This document shows positions 18,932 to 27,568 of a stretch of DNA of 64,000 nucleotides, piece by piece. The DNA comes from Armatimonadota bacterium. Lineage in GTDB: Bacteria > Vulcanimicrobiota > JACPDS01 > JBDRKI01. The notes beneath the pieces were generated by a model that was given only the letters and a program-made list of their open reading frames with translations, was not told the origin of the DNA and made no database searches. Numbering within the stretch: the stretch's first letter is position 1; every line of letters begins with the position of its first letter. The stretch covers positions 1 to 64,000 of the forward strand of contig JBDRKI010000054.1 of the NCBI GenBank assembly GCA_043814095.1, given 5' to 3'. Position numbers and translations under genes: made by a program.

Positions 18932-19745
18932 CGTAATTTTTGCTCGCTTCTTCAAAAGCTATCTCAAGTGCTTTTAACTGGGTTTCTATAGTGGCATCCA
19001 CATTGCCCAGGTTAGTGCTTACCCTGCATCCCCCGCGCGTCATAGAAGGGTCTCCTTTTACGGTTAATATTTCAAGGTCCACCATGCCTGCGAAAATTTC
19101 TTTTCTTTCTTCCACTATTTTTTTATCTTCCGGGTTTACATAAACCGTTACTTGTTTTGTGCTTGACCCTTTGGCAAGGTCAACTGCTTTGGTTGCCACG
19201 GCAAGAACAACTTCCGGATTTATTTTAATCTCTTCTTCCAGAATCTCCTTGACACAGGCAAGAGTAAGGTCTGCTATCTCCTGCTTTGCGTTCTCCATTA
19301 TCAGGTTTCTTTCTTCTATAAGCTTATTAAATACGTCTTTAAGATTATCCGCAAGACCCGCAAGCTCCCTGCGGCCTTCGGCTTTTCCTTCTTCTATGCC
19401 CTGCTTCCTGCCTTCCCTCTGAGCTTCTTCAAAACGCTCATGCACAAGCAGCTTGGCAGAGTCAATAATTCTTTTGGCTTCCTGCTTCGCGTTCGCGTAG
19501 AGCTGCGCGACTTTTACTTTCGCCTGCTCCATTATTTTCTGCGCGTCCTGGGTGGCCTGTTTCTCCGGGGTATGAACCTTTTTGGTTATCCCGTCAAGCT
19601 TCTCCTTAACCTGCTTTGTTTCTTCCGGGGTTACGGGAATCTTCGTAAACTCGGCTTTTTTAACATCGATATCTTTTTTAATCGCGGACTTTTTCATATC
19701 ATCCGGCTTTTCCGGTGTACCGCCCACGCCTTTAATAATTGACAC
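18915..19745 (-). CDS. fliH: ATPase regulator FliH
   Basis: GxxxG repeats (EGRKQGIEEGKAEG), VNPED, GGC.V.T..G.VDA. Confidence 0.92.
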   Translation of the reverse strand: MSIIKGVGGTPEKPDDMKKSAIKKDIDVKKAEFTKIPVTPEETKQVKEKLDGITKKVHTPEKQATQDAQKIMEQAKVKVAQLYANAKQEAKRIIDSAKLLVHERFEEAQREGRKQGIEEGKAEGRRELAGLADNLKDVFNKLIEERNLIMENAKQEIADLTLACVKEILEEEIKINPEVVLAVATKAVDLAKGSSTKQVTVYVNPEDKKIVEERKEIFAGMVDLEILTVKGDPSMTRGGCRVSTNLGNVDATIETQLKALEIAFEEASKNYDEESE

Positions 19746-19771
19746 GAGACGACCTCCATGAAACTTTATTC

Positions 19772-20731
19772 CTATTTCACAAACCTTATCTTACCTAAGG
19801 CGACCAGCCCTCTTAATATATTTCTTATCTGCTGCTTCGCGGCTATAATCCTGTCATGGGAAACACTCTCAAGACTCATGGCATCCCCGCGCAGGGCTTT
19901 GGCCGTATCAGGCGGCAGAACATTGTATATCCGTTCGGACAGAACAAGCGAAGAACCCTTAATTGCCATCGCTATGTCCTTAATATCCGCGAGTCTTAAT
20001 ACCTGCTTTAAAGAAGCTTCATCAACCTTTTCAATGTCTTCATACACGCAGAGATTTCCTTCAATATCATTCGCGAGCTTGGGCGCTTCTTTAACTATGC
20101 CTGATATAATCTTCTGTTCGGTATGCCTGTCCGTACCGCTTAATATATCCACCAAACGCTCTTTGCTTTCTTTAAAATCCGCTCTTCCTTCAACTATGTC
20201 TAGCACGCGTTCTTCCAGGACTTTTTCTATCTCCTCTAAAATATCCGGAGGTATTTTATCAATATCGGCAAGCCTCTTTGCAACATCACTCTGTAATGAA
20301 CCCGGAAGCTCCGCCAGAATAGACGAGGCTTTTGAAGAATCAAGCTGGGAAAGTATAACCGCTATGGTCTGCGGGTGTTCTTTCCTTACCACCCTTGCCA
20401 GCTGAGCCGGGTCTATTTTGTATAAAAACCCCAGCGGCTTATTAATAGAAGAAGCTTCAAAAGCAGAATCTTGTGAAGCTCCCTGAGTAAACGGACTAGT
20501 AAAAGTAACTGTGCCTTCTTTTCCGACTTCCAGTATATTAGAGGTCTCCAAGAATTCGTTTAAAATGCTTTCTTTTACTTCTTCCGGTATATTTTTTAGT
20601 TTGTTTAATTCTTCCTGTATCTCGCTCTGGGTTGTGCCCAGATCCTCCATGATTTGATTCGCAACTTCAGGAGGCAGAGTTGTCAGCAATATAGCTGCTT
20701 TCTGTTTGGCCGTAAGATTATCCTTATTAAT
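19772..20731 (-). CDS. fliG: Divergent rotor protein FliG; probable ATT start
   Basis: LTAKQKAAILL in frame upstream of the annotated TTG; EHPQTIA motif; synteny. Confidence 0.9.
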   Translation of the reverse strand: MNKDNLTAKQKAAILLTTLPPEVANQIMEDLGTTQSEIQEELNKLKNIPEEVKESILNEFLETSNILEVGKEGTVTFTSPFTQGASQDSAFEASSINKPLGFLYKIDPAQLARVVRKEHPQTIAVILSQLDSSKASSILAELPGSLQSDVAKRLADIDKIPPDILEEIEKVLEERVLDIVEGRADFKESKERLVDILSGTDRHTEQKIISGIVKEAPKLANDIEGNLCVYEDIEKVDEASLKQVLRLADIKDIAMAIKGSSLVLSERIYNVLPPDTAKALRGDAMSLESVSHDRIIAAKQQIRNILRGLVALGKIRFVK

Positions 20732-20738
20732 TTTAAAT

Positions 20739-22340
20739 TCACCTCTCTCTATCGGCCAACCAGGTGCTCTTTAAAAGTTCAGCAACTCGAGTGGGTTTCT
20801 CCTTTGCCAGCATTTCTAACTTAAAAGCGGTACTTGTTCCTGTATTCTCGCGGTTCCCCGCATCTATCTGTGTAGCTGAGGGTATGTTCTGGGTGTTAAA
20901 CCTTACTTCGGGTATAACATTTCTCTGTCTCAGCATGAAGTATGCCGCTATTATTATCAGCATTAACATCGGTGTTAAAGCAAGTGTCAGGAGCAGTGCG
21001 CTGTTTAACGCGGGATTCGCGCTTACCGGATTAGCGGGTACTTTGCCGCTTATCAGATTTTCTCTCATATTCTGGAATAAAGCAGATGAGAAAGGTATGC
21101 TTACAACAGCTACTTTATCTCCTCTTGCTTCATCTATGCCGATAGCGCCTGCCACTAATTCTTTAATATTGCCTGCTTCGCTCGGCTGGAGGTTGTCCAC
21201 CGCTACGCTTGCCGTTATTCTCTTAATTTCCCCGGCGGCCGTTACAGTTCTTTTTGTAACTTTATCTACAGCGTATGTAGACTTATCGGACTTCTTCACA
21301 TATTGACCTTGAGATCCTTTTAAGTCTGTTGCTCCTCCTATCTGAGTAGCATCTTTGGCTTCGGGCATATTGGAGAACGATTCCTCGGAAGTATCTTCCT
21401 TGGCTTTTACCGTGCCCTCTACATTGGCGGGACCGCCGTATGTTTCTGATGTCATATCGCTCTGTGAGTTATCAAACTCAACATTTAAAGCTACGGTATA
21501 TTTGTTGGGGTCCAGCACGCCGTTTAATGCTTCTCTTACTTTTTCCTTGAGTCTATTCTCGTAGGCGATCGCTTTCTCCTCCCCAACCGGCTGCATTGCC
21601 ATGCCTTCTTTGCCGAGGTATTTTGTGTCAACGGCGTAAGGAACGCCGTCCATTCCTATAATCTTAACGTTTTCCACCGGCAGGTTGCGTACTGAGTTTG
21701 CCACAAAGTGGGCAATACCTGCAACCTGAGCGGGATTTAATCTTTCATAACCGGGCTGGAGTTTTACCATAACCGCGGCTGTTGCCTGATTATCATTTCC
21801 GAAAAGTACTTCTTTAGGGGTAGTGATTTTAACTATGGCGTCCGCGACACCCTGTATCTCTCTTATGCCGTATATAAGCTGGGCTTCCAGTTTTTCTTTA
21901 TTGTTCTGCTCCAGTTCCTGAGGAGACTGGGGCATAAAACCCTCTTTTGGCGCGGATATCGCAACAGGAGTCCTGGGCAGGCCGTATAAAGCAAGGTCCA
22001 TCCTGGCTTTATTTAACTGCCCGGGAGAAACTAAAATAGTTCTTCCCGTAGTATCAATCTCATAAGAGATTTTCATTGTCCCCAGTTTATCCGCTATAGC
22101 CTTAACGTCATTGGGGTTAAGCTCGGAATAAAGAGGAACAAAAGTGTTGACTTTAATAAATACATTGATAATTAAAGCCAATGCTATAATCCCCACTATC
22201 ACCGAGGTGCCTATGAGTTTCTGTTTCGGCGTAAGCGACTTGAGTTTATCAAGCAGCCCTCCGAAAAAGGAACCCGCGCCCTGAGGACCCTGGGTGGGCA
22301 GTCCGCCCGTTCTTAAATTTGTTTTGATATTAGTAGCCAT
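20739..22340 (-). CDS. fliF: MS-ring protein FliF
   Basis: Two TM helices, ARMDLA..GLP, ATAAVMV, V.NL..ENV.I, GID..RGD.V.V. Confidence 0.93.
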   Translation of the reverse strand: MATNIKTNLRTGGLPTQGPQGAGSFFGGLLDKLKSLTPKQKLIGTSVIVGIIALALIINVFIKVNTFVPLYSELNPNDVKAIADKLGTMKISYEIDTTGRTILVSPGQLNKARMDLALYGLPRTPVAISAPKEGFMPQSPQELEQNNKEKLEAQLIYGIREIQGVADAIVKITTPKEVLFGNDNQATAAVMVKLQPGYERLNPAQVAGIAHFVANSVRNLPVENVKIIGMDGVPYAVDTKYLGKEGMAMQPVGEEKAIAYENRLKEKVREALNGVLDPNKYTVALNVEFDNSQSDMTSETYGGPANVEGTVKAKEDTSEESFSNMPEAKDATQIGGATDLKGSQGQYVKKSDKSTYAVDKVTKRTVTAAGEIKRITASVAVDNLQPSEAGNIKELVAGAIGIDEARGDKVAVVSIPFSSALFQNMRENLISGKVPANPVSANPALNSALLLTLALTPMLMLIIIAAYFMLRQRNVIPEVRFNTQNIPSATQIDAGNRENTGTSTAFKLEMLAKEKPTRVAELLKSTWLADRER

Positions 22341-22372
22341 AATTATTCACGCCCCTTTATGAATAAATTAAA

Positions 22373-22690
22373 TTATATCTGCATCTGCATCAGCGTTTTG
22401 AAATCCATCGCCAATGAGCTCATGACTTTCGTTGCCAGTTTTAAAAGCACATCTGCTTTCGCGTTTTCAATTGAAATTCTATGCAGATTGTCAATATCTC
22501 CCGTAGCAAGATCTCCCGCCAGTTTGTCGGGAGCCGCAACGGCTTCCGTTACTTTGGATAATTCATTCGTTAAGAATGATGCAAAACTGCCTTCTCCCGA
22601 AGCAACGGGACTCGTTGAATTCTGTGTAAAGATACTCGAAAAATCGCCTAACGGCTGTATCGGTTGTATCGGTAAAAACGGACTACTCAT
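22373..22690 (-). CDS. fliE: Basal-body protein FliE
   Basis: SFASFL, LATGD..NLH, C-terminal MQI. Confidence 0.9.
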   Translation of the reverse strand: MSSPFLPIQPIQPLGDFSSIFTQNSTSPVASGEGSFASFLTNELSKVTEAVAAPDKLAGDLATGDIDNLHRISIENAKADVLLKLATKVMSSLAMDFKTLMQMQI

Positions 22691-22705
22691 ATTAAATCCC
22701 CCTCC

Positions 22706-23161
22706 TTACGCGTTTCTTCCTATATCTAACGCTCTCATTGCCATATATTTTGTAGCGTCAACAACGGCGGCATTTGCTTCATAAGCTCTGCTTGCCGTTA
22801 TGAGGTTTGTCATTTCTTCTATTATATTAATGCTGCTTTTCGCAACATACCCTTTCCACTTGCCTTCTGTTATCGCAAGCGGGTTGTCGGGATCATATAC
22901 ATATTTAGTTTCTGAATCTACTTCCGTAATACCTGCAACTTCGACGCCCGAACCGGATGAAAGACCGGAGCCCATGGATGCCTGCACGAAAGGAGGCAGG
23001 AACTGCGCGAAAGTCGGGGCCCCTTCAGGCCTTATAATCGCAACCTGCTTCTTGCTTCCGGGAACATTGCCGTGAGCTATATTGTGGCTTATAACATCCA
23101 TCTGGGTCTGGGCCACATTCATTCCCTGTGCCGCTGCGTCAAATGATTTAAATATACCCAT
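22706..23161 (-). CDS. flgC: Proximal rod protein FlgC
   Basis: YDPDNPLA, GYV, EMTNLITASRAYEAN. Confidence 0.95.
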   Translation of the reverse strand: MGIFKSFDAAAQGMNVAQTQMDVISHNIAHGNVPGSKKQVAIIRPEGAPTFAQFLPPFVQASMGSGLSSGSGVEVAGITEVDSETKYVYDPDNPLAITEGKWKGYVAKSSINIIEEMTNLITASRAYEANAAVVDATKYMAMRALDIGRNA

Positions 23162-23182
23162 AAGATTCCTCCTTAAACACCA

Positions 23183-23575
23183 TTAACCCTGGAACATGCT
23201 AAGTACGGTATTTAATCTAGAAAACATTTTTCCAATACCCTGTGAAACTATAGTCTGGTACCATATCTGGTTCTTCGCGAGATTTGACATCTCTGTATTA
23301 ATATTAACTTTACCGCCTGTGGAGTAAACGGCCGGCTGGATGCTTGCCAGATCATTGAGAATCATTCCTCCGTTATATGAGGCAAGCTGGCAGCCGTTAT
23401 TGTTTTCCGCCTGCGCGATATAATCTTTCATAATATCTTCAAACGCAACCGCGCGTGAAGTATAATTAGGCGTATTAATGTTAGCAATGTTATTTGATAT
23501 AACATCATTGCGCAGGCTTGCCGCGTCCAGCGCTTTTGTTAATATTTCCAGATTCATGTTGCTGAAAAGATCCAT
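23183..23575 (-). CDS. flgB: Proximal rod protein FlgB
   Basis: SNNIANINTPNY, V....EM..LAKNQI.Y; ATG 23575 after AGGTGG. Confidence 0.93.
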   Translation of the reverse strand: MDLFSNMNLEILTKALDAASLRNDVISNNIANINTPNYTSRAVAFEDIMKDYIAQAENNNGCQLASYNGGMILNDLASIQPAVYSTGGKVNINTEMSNLAKNQIWYQTIVSQGIGKMFSRLNTVLSMFQG

Positions 23576-23690
23576 AATTTTTACACCACCTTTTGTACTT
23601 TTATAGTACAAACATATATGTAATAATACACAACTTTTACCCCTCCCGAGAGAGGTGTTCTTTTCTTCTGTCTATATAATACAACATTTA

Positions 23691-23731
23691 TATTAACATT
23701 CTGTTACAAAAATGTTAACAAATTGTTAACA
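23691..23731 (-). promoter_or_regulatory. 4 x 11-bp direct-repeat operator, copy 4, upstream of the flgB operon
   Basis: Units at 23691, 23702, 23713, 23724; -10-like TATTAT on minus strand at 23676-23681. Confidence 0.8.
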
Positions 23732-23856
23732 TTTCGGCCCTTTTAATTTTTTTTTTGAGTGCAAAAAAAGGCTAAAAGTTAGATATTTTCCTTATTTTAA
23801 GCTGTTTTTTAAGAAAAAACATGGTTCTTTTTTGAAAATCCCCCCAAAAAAAATTT

Positions 23857-25098
23857 TTACGCTTTTGGTTTTATAACGGCAAAAGCGCAGTTTTCCATGT
23901 CAATGTACTTATCCGCGATCTCGCGTATATGCCTCGGCGTGATCTTATTCACGGCCGCAGAAAACTCACAAGAGTAATTAAAACCCCTCCCTACCAGTTC
24001 ATGGTAGGCGTAATCCGACGCCTTACTGGCCTTTCTCTGCTCCTGAATACTTTTAAGACCCAGCAGGTATCTTTTGTAAGTTTCAAGTTCCTTATTTGTT
24101 AATTCTTTGTATTTTAATTTATTTAACTCCTGAATAAGAATTGATTCGGCAAGCTCAAGCTTATCGGGGCTTGTTCCCAGAAAAACTTTAAAAACTCCCG
24201 TATCCAGATACGCTTCATAATCGGCATCCACCATATACGCAAGCCCGTAATTGTCCCTGAGCTCTATAAAAAGCCTTGAGCTCATGCCGGACAAAAGATG
24301 CTCCAGAACTTCAAATGCCGGATAATCATCGCTGTTTATGTCCGGCGCGAAAAATCCCAGGCACATAACAACCTGCTTTTTATCCCTTTCAATAATGACC
24401 TGCCTCTTGCCTATCGGAAGTTCGGCGAACGGTGATGCCGGCCTTTCCACGTTTCTTAATTTTGTCATTTTTAATTTCTCAACTATATGCTCTTCAACAT
24501 ACTCAGTCTTAAAATCGCCCACTATACTTATAACAAGGTTGTCGGGGCTGTAAAAATTTTTATGCCAGTTAACCAGGTTTCTCCTGTTAATTCTGGCAAC
24601 CGATTCAAATGAACCCGAGATAAGCATGCTGTAGGGATGGTTCTGGAATAAGGCTTTATCGCATTCATCTTTGCAGAATTCGGTAACGTTATCCATGCTG
24701 TTGTATATATTCGCCAGAATAATTTTGCGCGTTTTCTCTATCTCGTCCTGCTTAAAGGCGGGAGACGCGACAACATCAAGAAATATATCAAATCCTTCAA
24801 TAAAATTTCTTGACAGAATATTCATTGAAAGCCCCATGGAATCTTTACTGGTAAACGGCTCTATGTCCGCGCCTAAAAACTCCAGGTCTTTTGAAAGTTT
24901 TATATTGTTTCTTCCGTTTGTGCCCTTAAGCAGCATTTCCTGGCAGAAATGCGACACCCCCGCGTTATTAAAAGTCTCGTATCTTGTACCGCCGTTAGCG
25001 TACAAAGAAACCGAAATAATCGGGGAAGAATGATCTTCCGTTAAAATCAGCCTTATGCCGTTCGGGAGCTTGCGTTTTTTAACAACTGTTTTCTGCAT
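23857..25098 (-). CDS. M16 (pitrilysin-family) peptidase, non-catalytic partner subunit
   Basis: M16 fold motifs, SSRLF.ELR; HxxEH replaced by HFCQE. Confidence 0.88.
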   Translation of the reverse strand: MQKTVVKKRKLPNGIRLILTEDHSSPIISVSLYANGGTRYETFNNAGVSHFCQEMLLKGTNGRNNIKLSKDLEFLGADIEPFTSKDSMGLSMNILSRNFIEGFDIFLDVVASPAFKQDEIEKTRKIILANIYNSMDNVTEFCKDECDKALFQNHPYSMLISGSFESVARINRRNLVNWHKNFYSPDNLVISIVGDFKTEYVEEHIVEKLKMTKLRNVERPASPFAELPIGKRQVIIERDKKQVVMCLGFFAPDINSDDYPAFEVLEHLLSGMSSRLFIELRDNYGLAYMVDADYEAYLDTGVFKVFLGTSPDKLELAESILIQELNKLKYKELTNKELETYKRYLLGLKSIQEQRKASKASDYAYHELVGRGFNYSCEFSAAVNKITPRHIREIADKYIDMENCAFAVIKPKA

Positions 25099-25120
25099 TT
25101 ACAAACCCTTAATGTTTTTT

Positions 25121-26380
25121 TTACTTGGGCAGATATACCGCGACAGAGCAGTTCTCCCTGTTCAGGTAATCCTGAGCCACTTTGCGCATGTCTTTTGCTT
25201 CTACTTCCAGCATTCTTTTCGGGAACTCCTCGGAAAGCATACAGTCGCCGGCTATCTCGTAATAACCTATGTTCTCGGACTGCTCCTCAACCGCTTCCTG
25301 GGAAAAAATATAGTCGCTTAAAAAAAGATTCTTGGCTTTCTTTAATTCCTGGTTCGGTATAAGCTTATATTTTACTTTATCAATTTCTTTAAATATTTCT
25401 TCTACGGCTTTTTTAACGTCTTCTTTATCAAGGTTGGCTTCTATTAAAAAGAGCCCCGGATAATTACCCGATAAAATCCCGGTATAAATATAGTTAACAA
25501 GCATCTTTTTTTCTTTCAGAACCACATTAAGGCGCGAGCTTAATCCTTCCCCCATGGCGACAGCGAGAAGGTCAAGAGCGTATATGTCCCTGTGCAGGAG
25601 GGTGGGTATATGGAACGCCATCATAAGGTAAGCTTTTTTAACGTCCCCTGTATATTCTTTGTACCTGAATCCTGCCTGGCGGGGTTCGTCGGCGTCAAAT
25701 AAGTTTACCGATAACGGAACATTTTTAAGCCCCCCGTATAAATTGGTTACTGATTTTATAACTTCTTCGCTTTTTATGTCCCCCACTGCCGTTATTACTA
25801 TGTTATTCGGAACATATTTTTCCGTATAATATTTTTTTAAAGTGTTTTTATCTATCTTGTTCAGAATATCTTCGTATCCCAGTATTGAATGCCTTAAAGG
25901 ATGTTTTTTATACGCTTCTTCCAGCAGCTTGTCAAACAGGAAATTAGAGGGCGAATCCATGCCCATTTTTATCTCTTCTAAAATAACTTTTCTTTCTTTT
26001 TCTATGTCGTAATCATCAAAAATGGGATTTAAGACCGCGTCTGTCTGTATGTCCAGGGCCACGTCAAAATACTTGCTCGGGACAACAACCCAGTAGTTGG
26101 TAAACGTATAAGAAGTTGATCCGTTAAGATAGCCGCCCAGGGCGTTTATCTGGCGCGATATCTCGCCAAGCCCTCTTTTGGGAGTTCTTTTAAAAAGCAT
26201 ATGTTCTACAAAATGGGAAATCCCCTTAAGATCTTCCGGCTCGTCAATTGAACCTGATCTTATCCATACCCCGAAACAGGCAACCTTGGCCGGATATATT
26301 TCTTTTGTGATAATTGTTACCCCGTTGGGCAGCTGCATCCTTATAATATCCGATGTCAGGTAAGCTTTTTCTAAAAACAT
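25121..26380 (-). CDS. M16 zinc peptidase, catalytic subunit
   Basis: GISHFVEHMLFK (HxxEH), ER.VILEE. Confidence 0.92.
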   Translation of the reverse strand: MFLEKAYLTSDIIRMQLPNGVTIITKEIYPAKVACFGVWIRSGSIDEPEDLKGISHFVEHMLFKRTPKRGLGEISRQINALGGYLNGSTSYTFTNYWVVVPSKYFDVALDIQTDAVLNPIFDDYDIEKERKVILEEIKMGMDSPSNFLFDKLLEEAYKKHPLRHSILGYEDILNKIDKNTLKKYYTEKYVPNNIVITAVGDIKSEEVIKSVTNLYGGLKNVPLSVNLFDADEPRQAGFRYKEYTGDVKKAYLMMAFHIPTLLHRDIYALDLLAVAMGEGLSSRLNVVLKEKKMLVNYIYTGILSGNYPGLFLIEANLDKEDVKKAVEEIFKEIDKVKYKLIPNQELKKAKNLFLSDYIFSQEAVEEQSENIGYYEIAGDCMLSEEFPKRMLEVEAKDMRKVAQDYLNRENCSVAVYLPK

Positions 26381-26500
26381 GTTTTTTCCTTGGATCTTTA
26401 TTTTAAAATAATCTTTTCTTGTTTGTTGTATTTATTCCTTTTATTATGTATACATTTAAATAAAAGGATAATAGTTATTCTGATAGAATTTTTTATTATT

Positions 26501-27568
26501 ATGCTCTCTACTATTAAAACATATATAAATAAACTATTCAACAGGGAATATATACGTAAATTTAAAAGTATTTTTGTTAAAAGATTCATATTCTTTTATA
26601 TTATTTTTATTATTTTACTTATTTATTTAATTTCTTTAAGTCTGAATTACATAAAAAGCTTTAATTTTGAAGCAGGAAAAGAAAGATATATACTACTCTT
26701 TAACAAAGTGCCCAGTTCAATATTAATATTAAACGACAAAAACCCCGCGCCAAGATATGTATTTACAAACTCCCCCGGTGTTATAATTAATAATTCCTTC
26801 TCCGGCAAAACTTATTTTCTCTCTGAAGACGGGCATATATATTCCATTGACCTTAAAAATGAAAGATTCCCGTCAACTTACATGCTGAATTTCAACCCCG
26901 CCAGTGGTGTTTTCACTTCCCCGGCGACTTTATATATATCAAATAAAAATGAACCCTTTATATACCATTATTCCATGCTTAAAAGAAAAGTCATAGACCG
27001 GCTTAAATTTAAAAATTCCCAGTCTTATTTCGCTACCGATCAAAATAATAAAAAAGTTGTATCTTATGAAGAAAAAGATAAAAGTTTAAATATTGTTAAT
27101 GTACGCTATAACGAATTTATAAAAAACATACCTTTGAATAAGGATATTATAAAAATGCTGCCGTCCGGTTATTCTCAAAAGTTATACATTTTAACTCCCG
27201 GCAGCGGTTTTATAATCTTCAACATAGACTCTATGGCTGTTGAAAAGAAGTTTAATATAGGAACAAACATTGTTGACTTTGACACAGGTAAAGGCAGGCA
27301 GTCCGGTGATCTGATATTCGCAATAGATAAAAGCGAGAATAAATTATATATTTTAAAATCTAATAAAATCATTAAAGAACACATACTGGGCAAACAAAAT
27401 CCATCCCTTATATCATTAAGCCCCGAAGGATACTGCGTTTATATATATTACGGCGGGACAAATGAAGTAGAAAAGATTAACCTGAAAAATTCAAGAGTGT
27501 TAAAAACTTACAAGCTTAATCCCATAAAGCCTTCACAGCTTATGGTTCTTCCGGCGGATGAAAATTAA
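26501..27568 (+). CDS. Membrane-anchored beta-propeller (YncE-like) protein
   Basis: N-terminal TM, repeated beta-strand blades, LSPEG..VY; start uncertain. Confidence 0.6.
   Translation: MLSTIKTYINKLFNREYIRKFKSIFVKRFIFFYIIFIILLIYLISLSLNYIKSFNFEAGKERYILLFNKVPSSILILNDKNPAPRYVFTNSPGVIINNSFSGKTYFLSEDGHIYSIDLKNERFPSTYMLNFNPASGVFTSPATLYISNKNEPFIYHYSMLKRKVIDRLKFKNSQSYFATDQNNKKVVSYEEKDKSLNIVNVRYNEFIKNIPLNKDIIKMLPSGYSQKLYILTPGSGFIIFNIDSMAVEKKFNIGTNIVDFDTGKGRQSGDLIFAIDKSENKLYILKSNKIIKEHILGKQNPSLISLSPEGYCVYIYYGGTNEVEKINLKNSRVLKTYKLNPIKPSQLMVLPADEN

Noticed and set aside
7432-23575. Classical injectisome (Ysc/Hrp/SPI type)
   Set aside because: Components are flagellar-type (FliF, FliG, FliM, FlgB/C, FliE, FliO); no SctC/SctD/SctJ or translocon recognised.
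4957-25033. Many plus-strand ORFs antisense to the cluster genes
   Set aside because: Shadow frames of well-supported minus-strand genes, with no motifs of their own.
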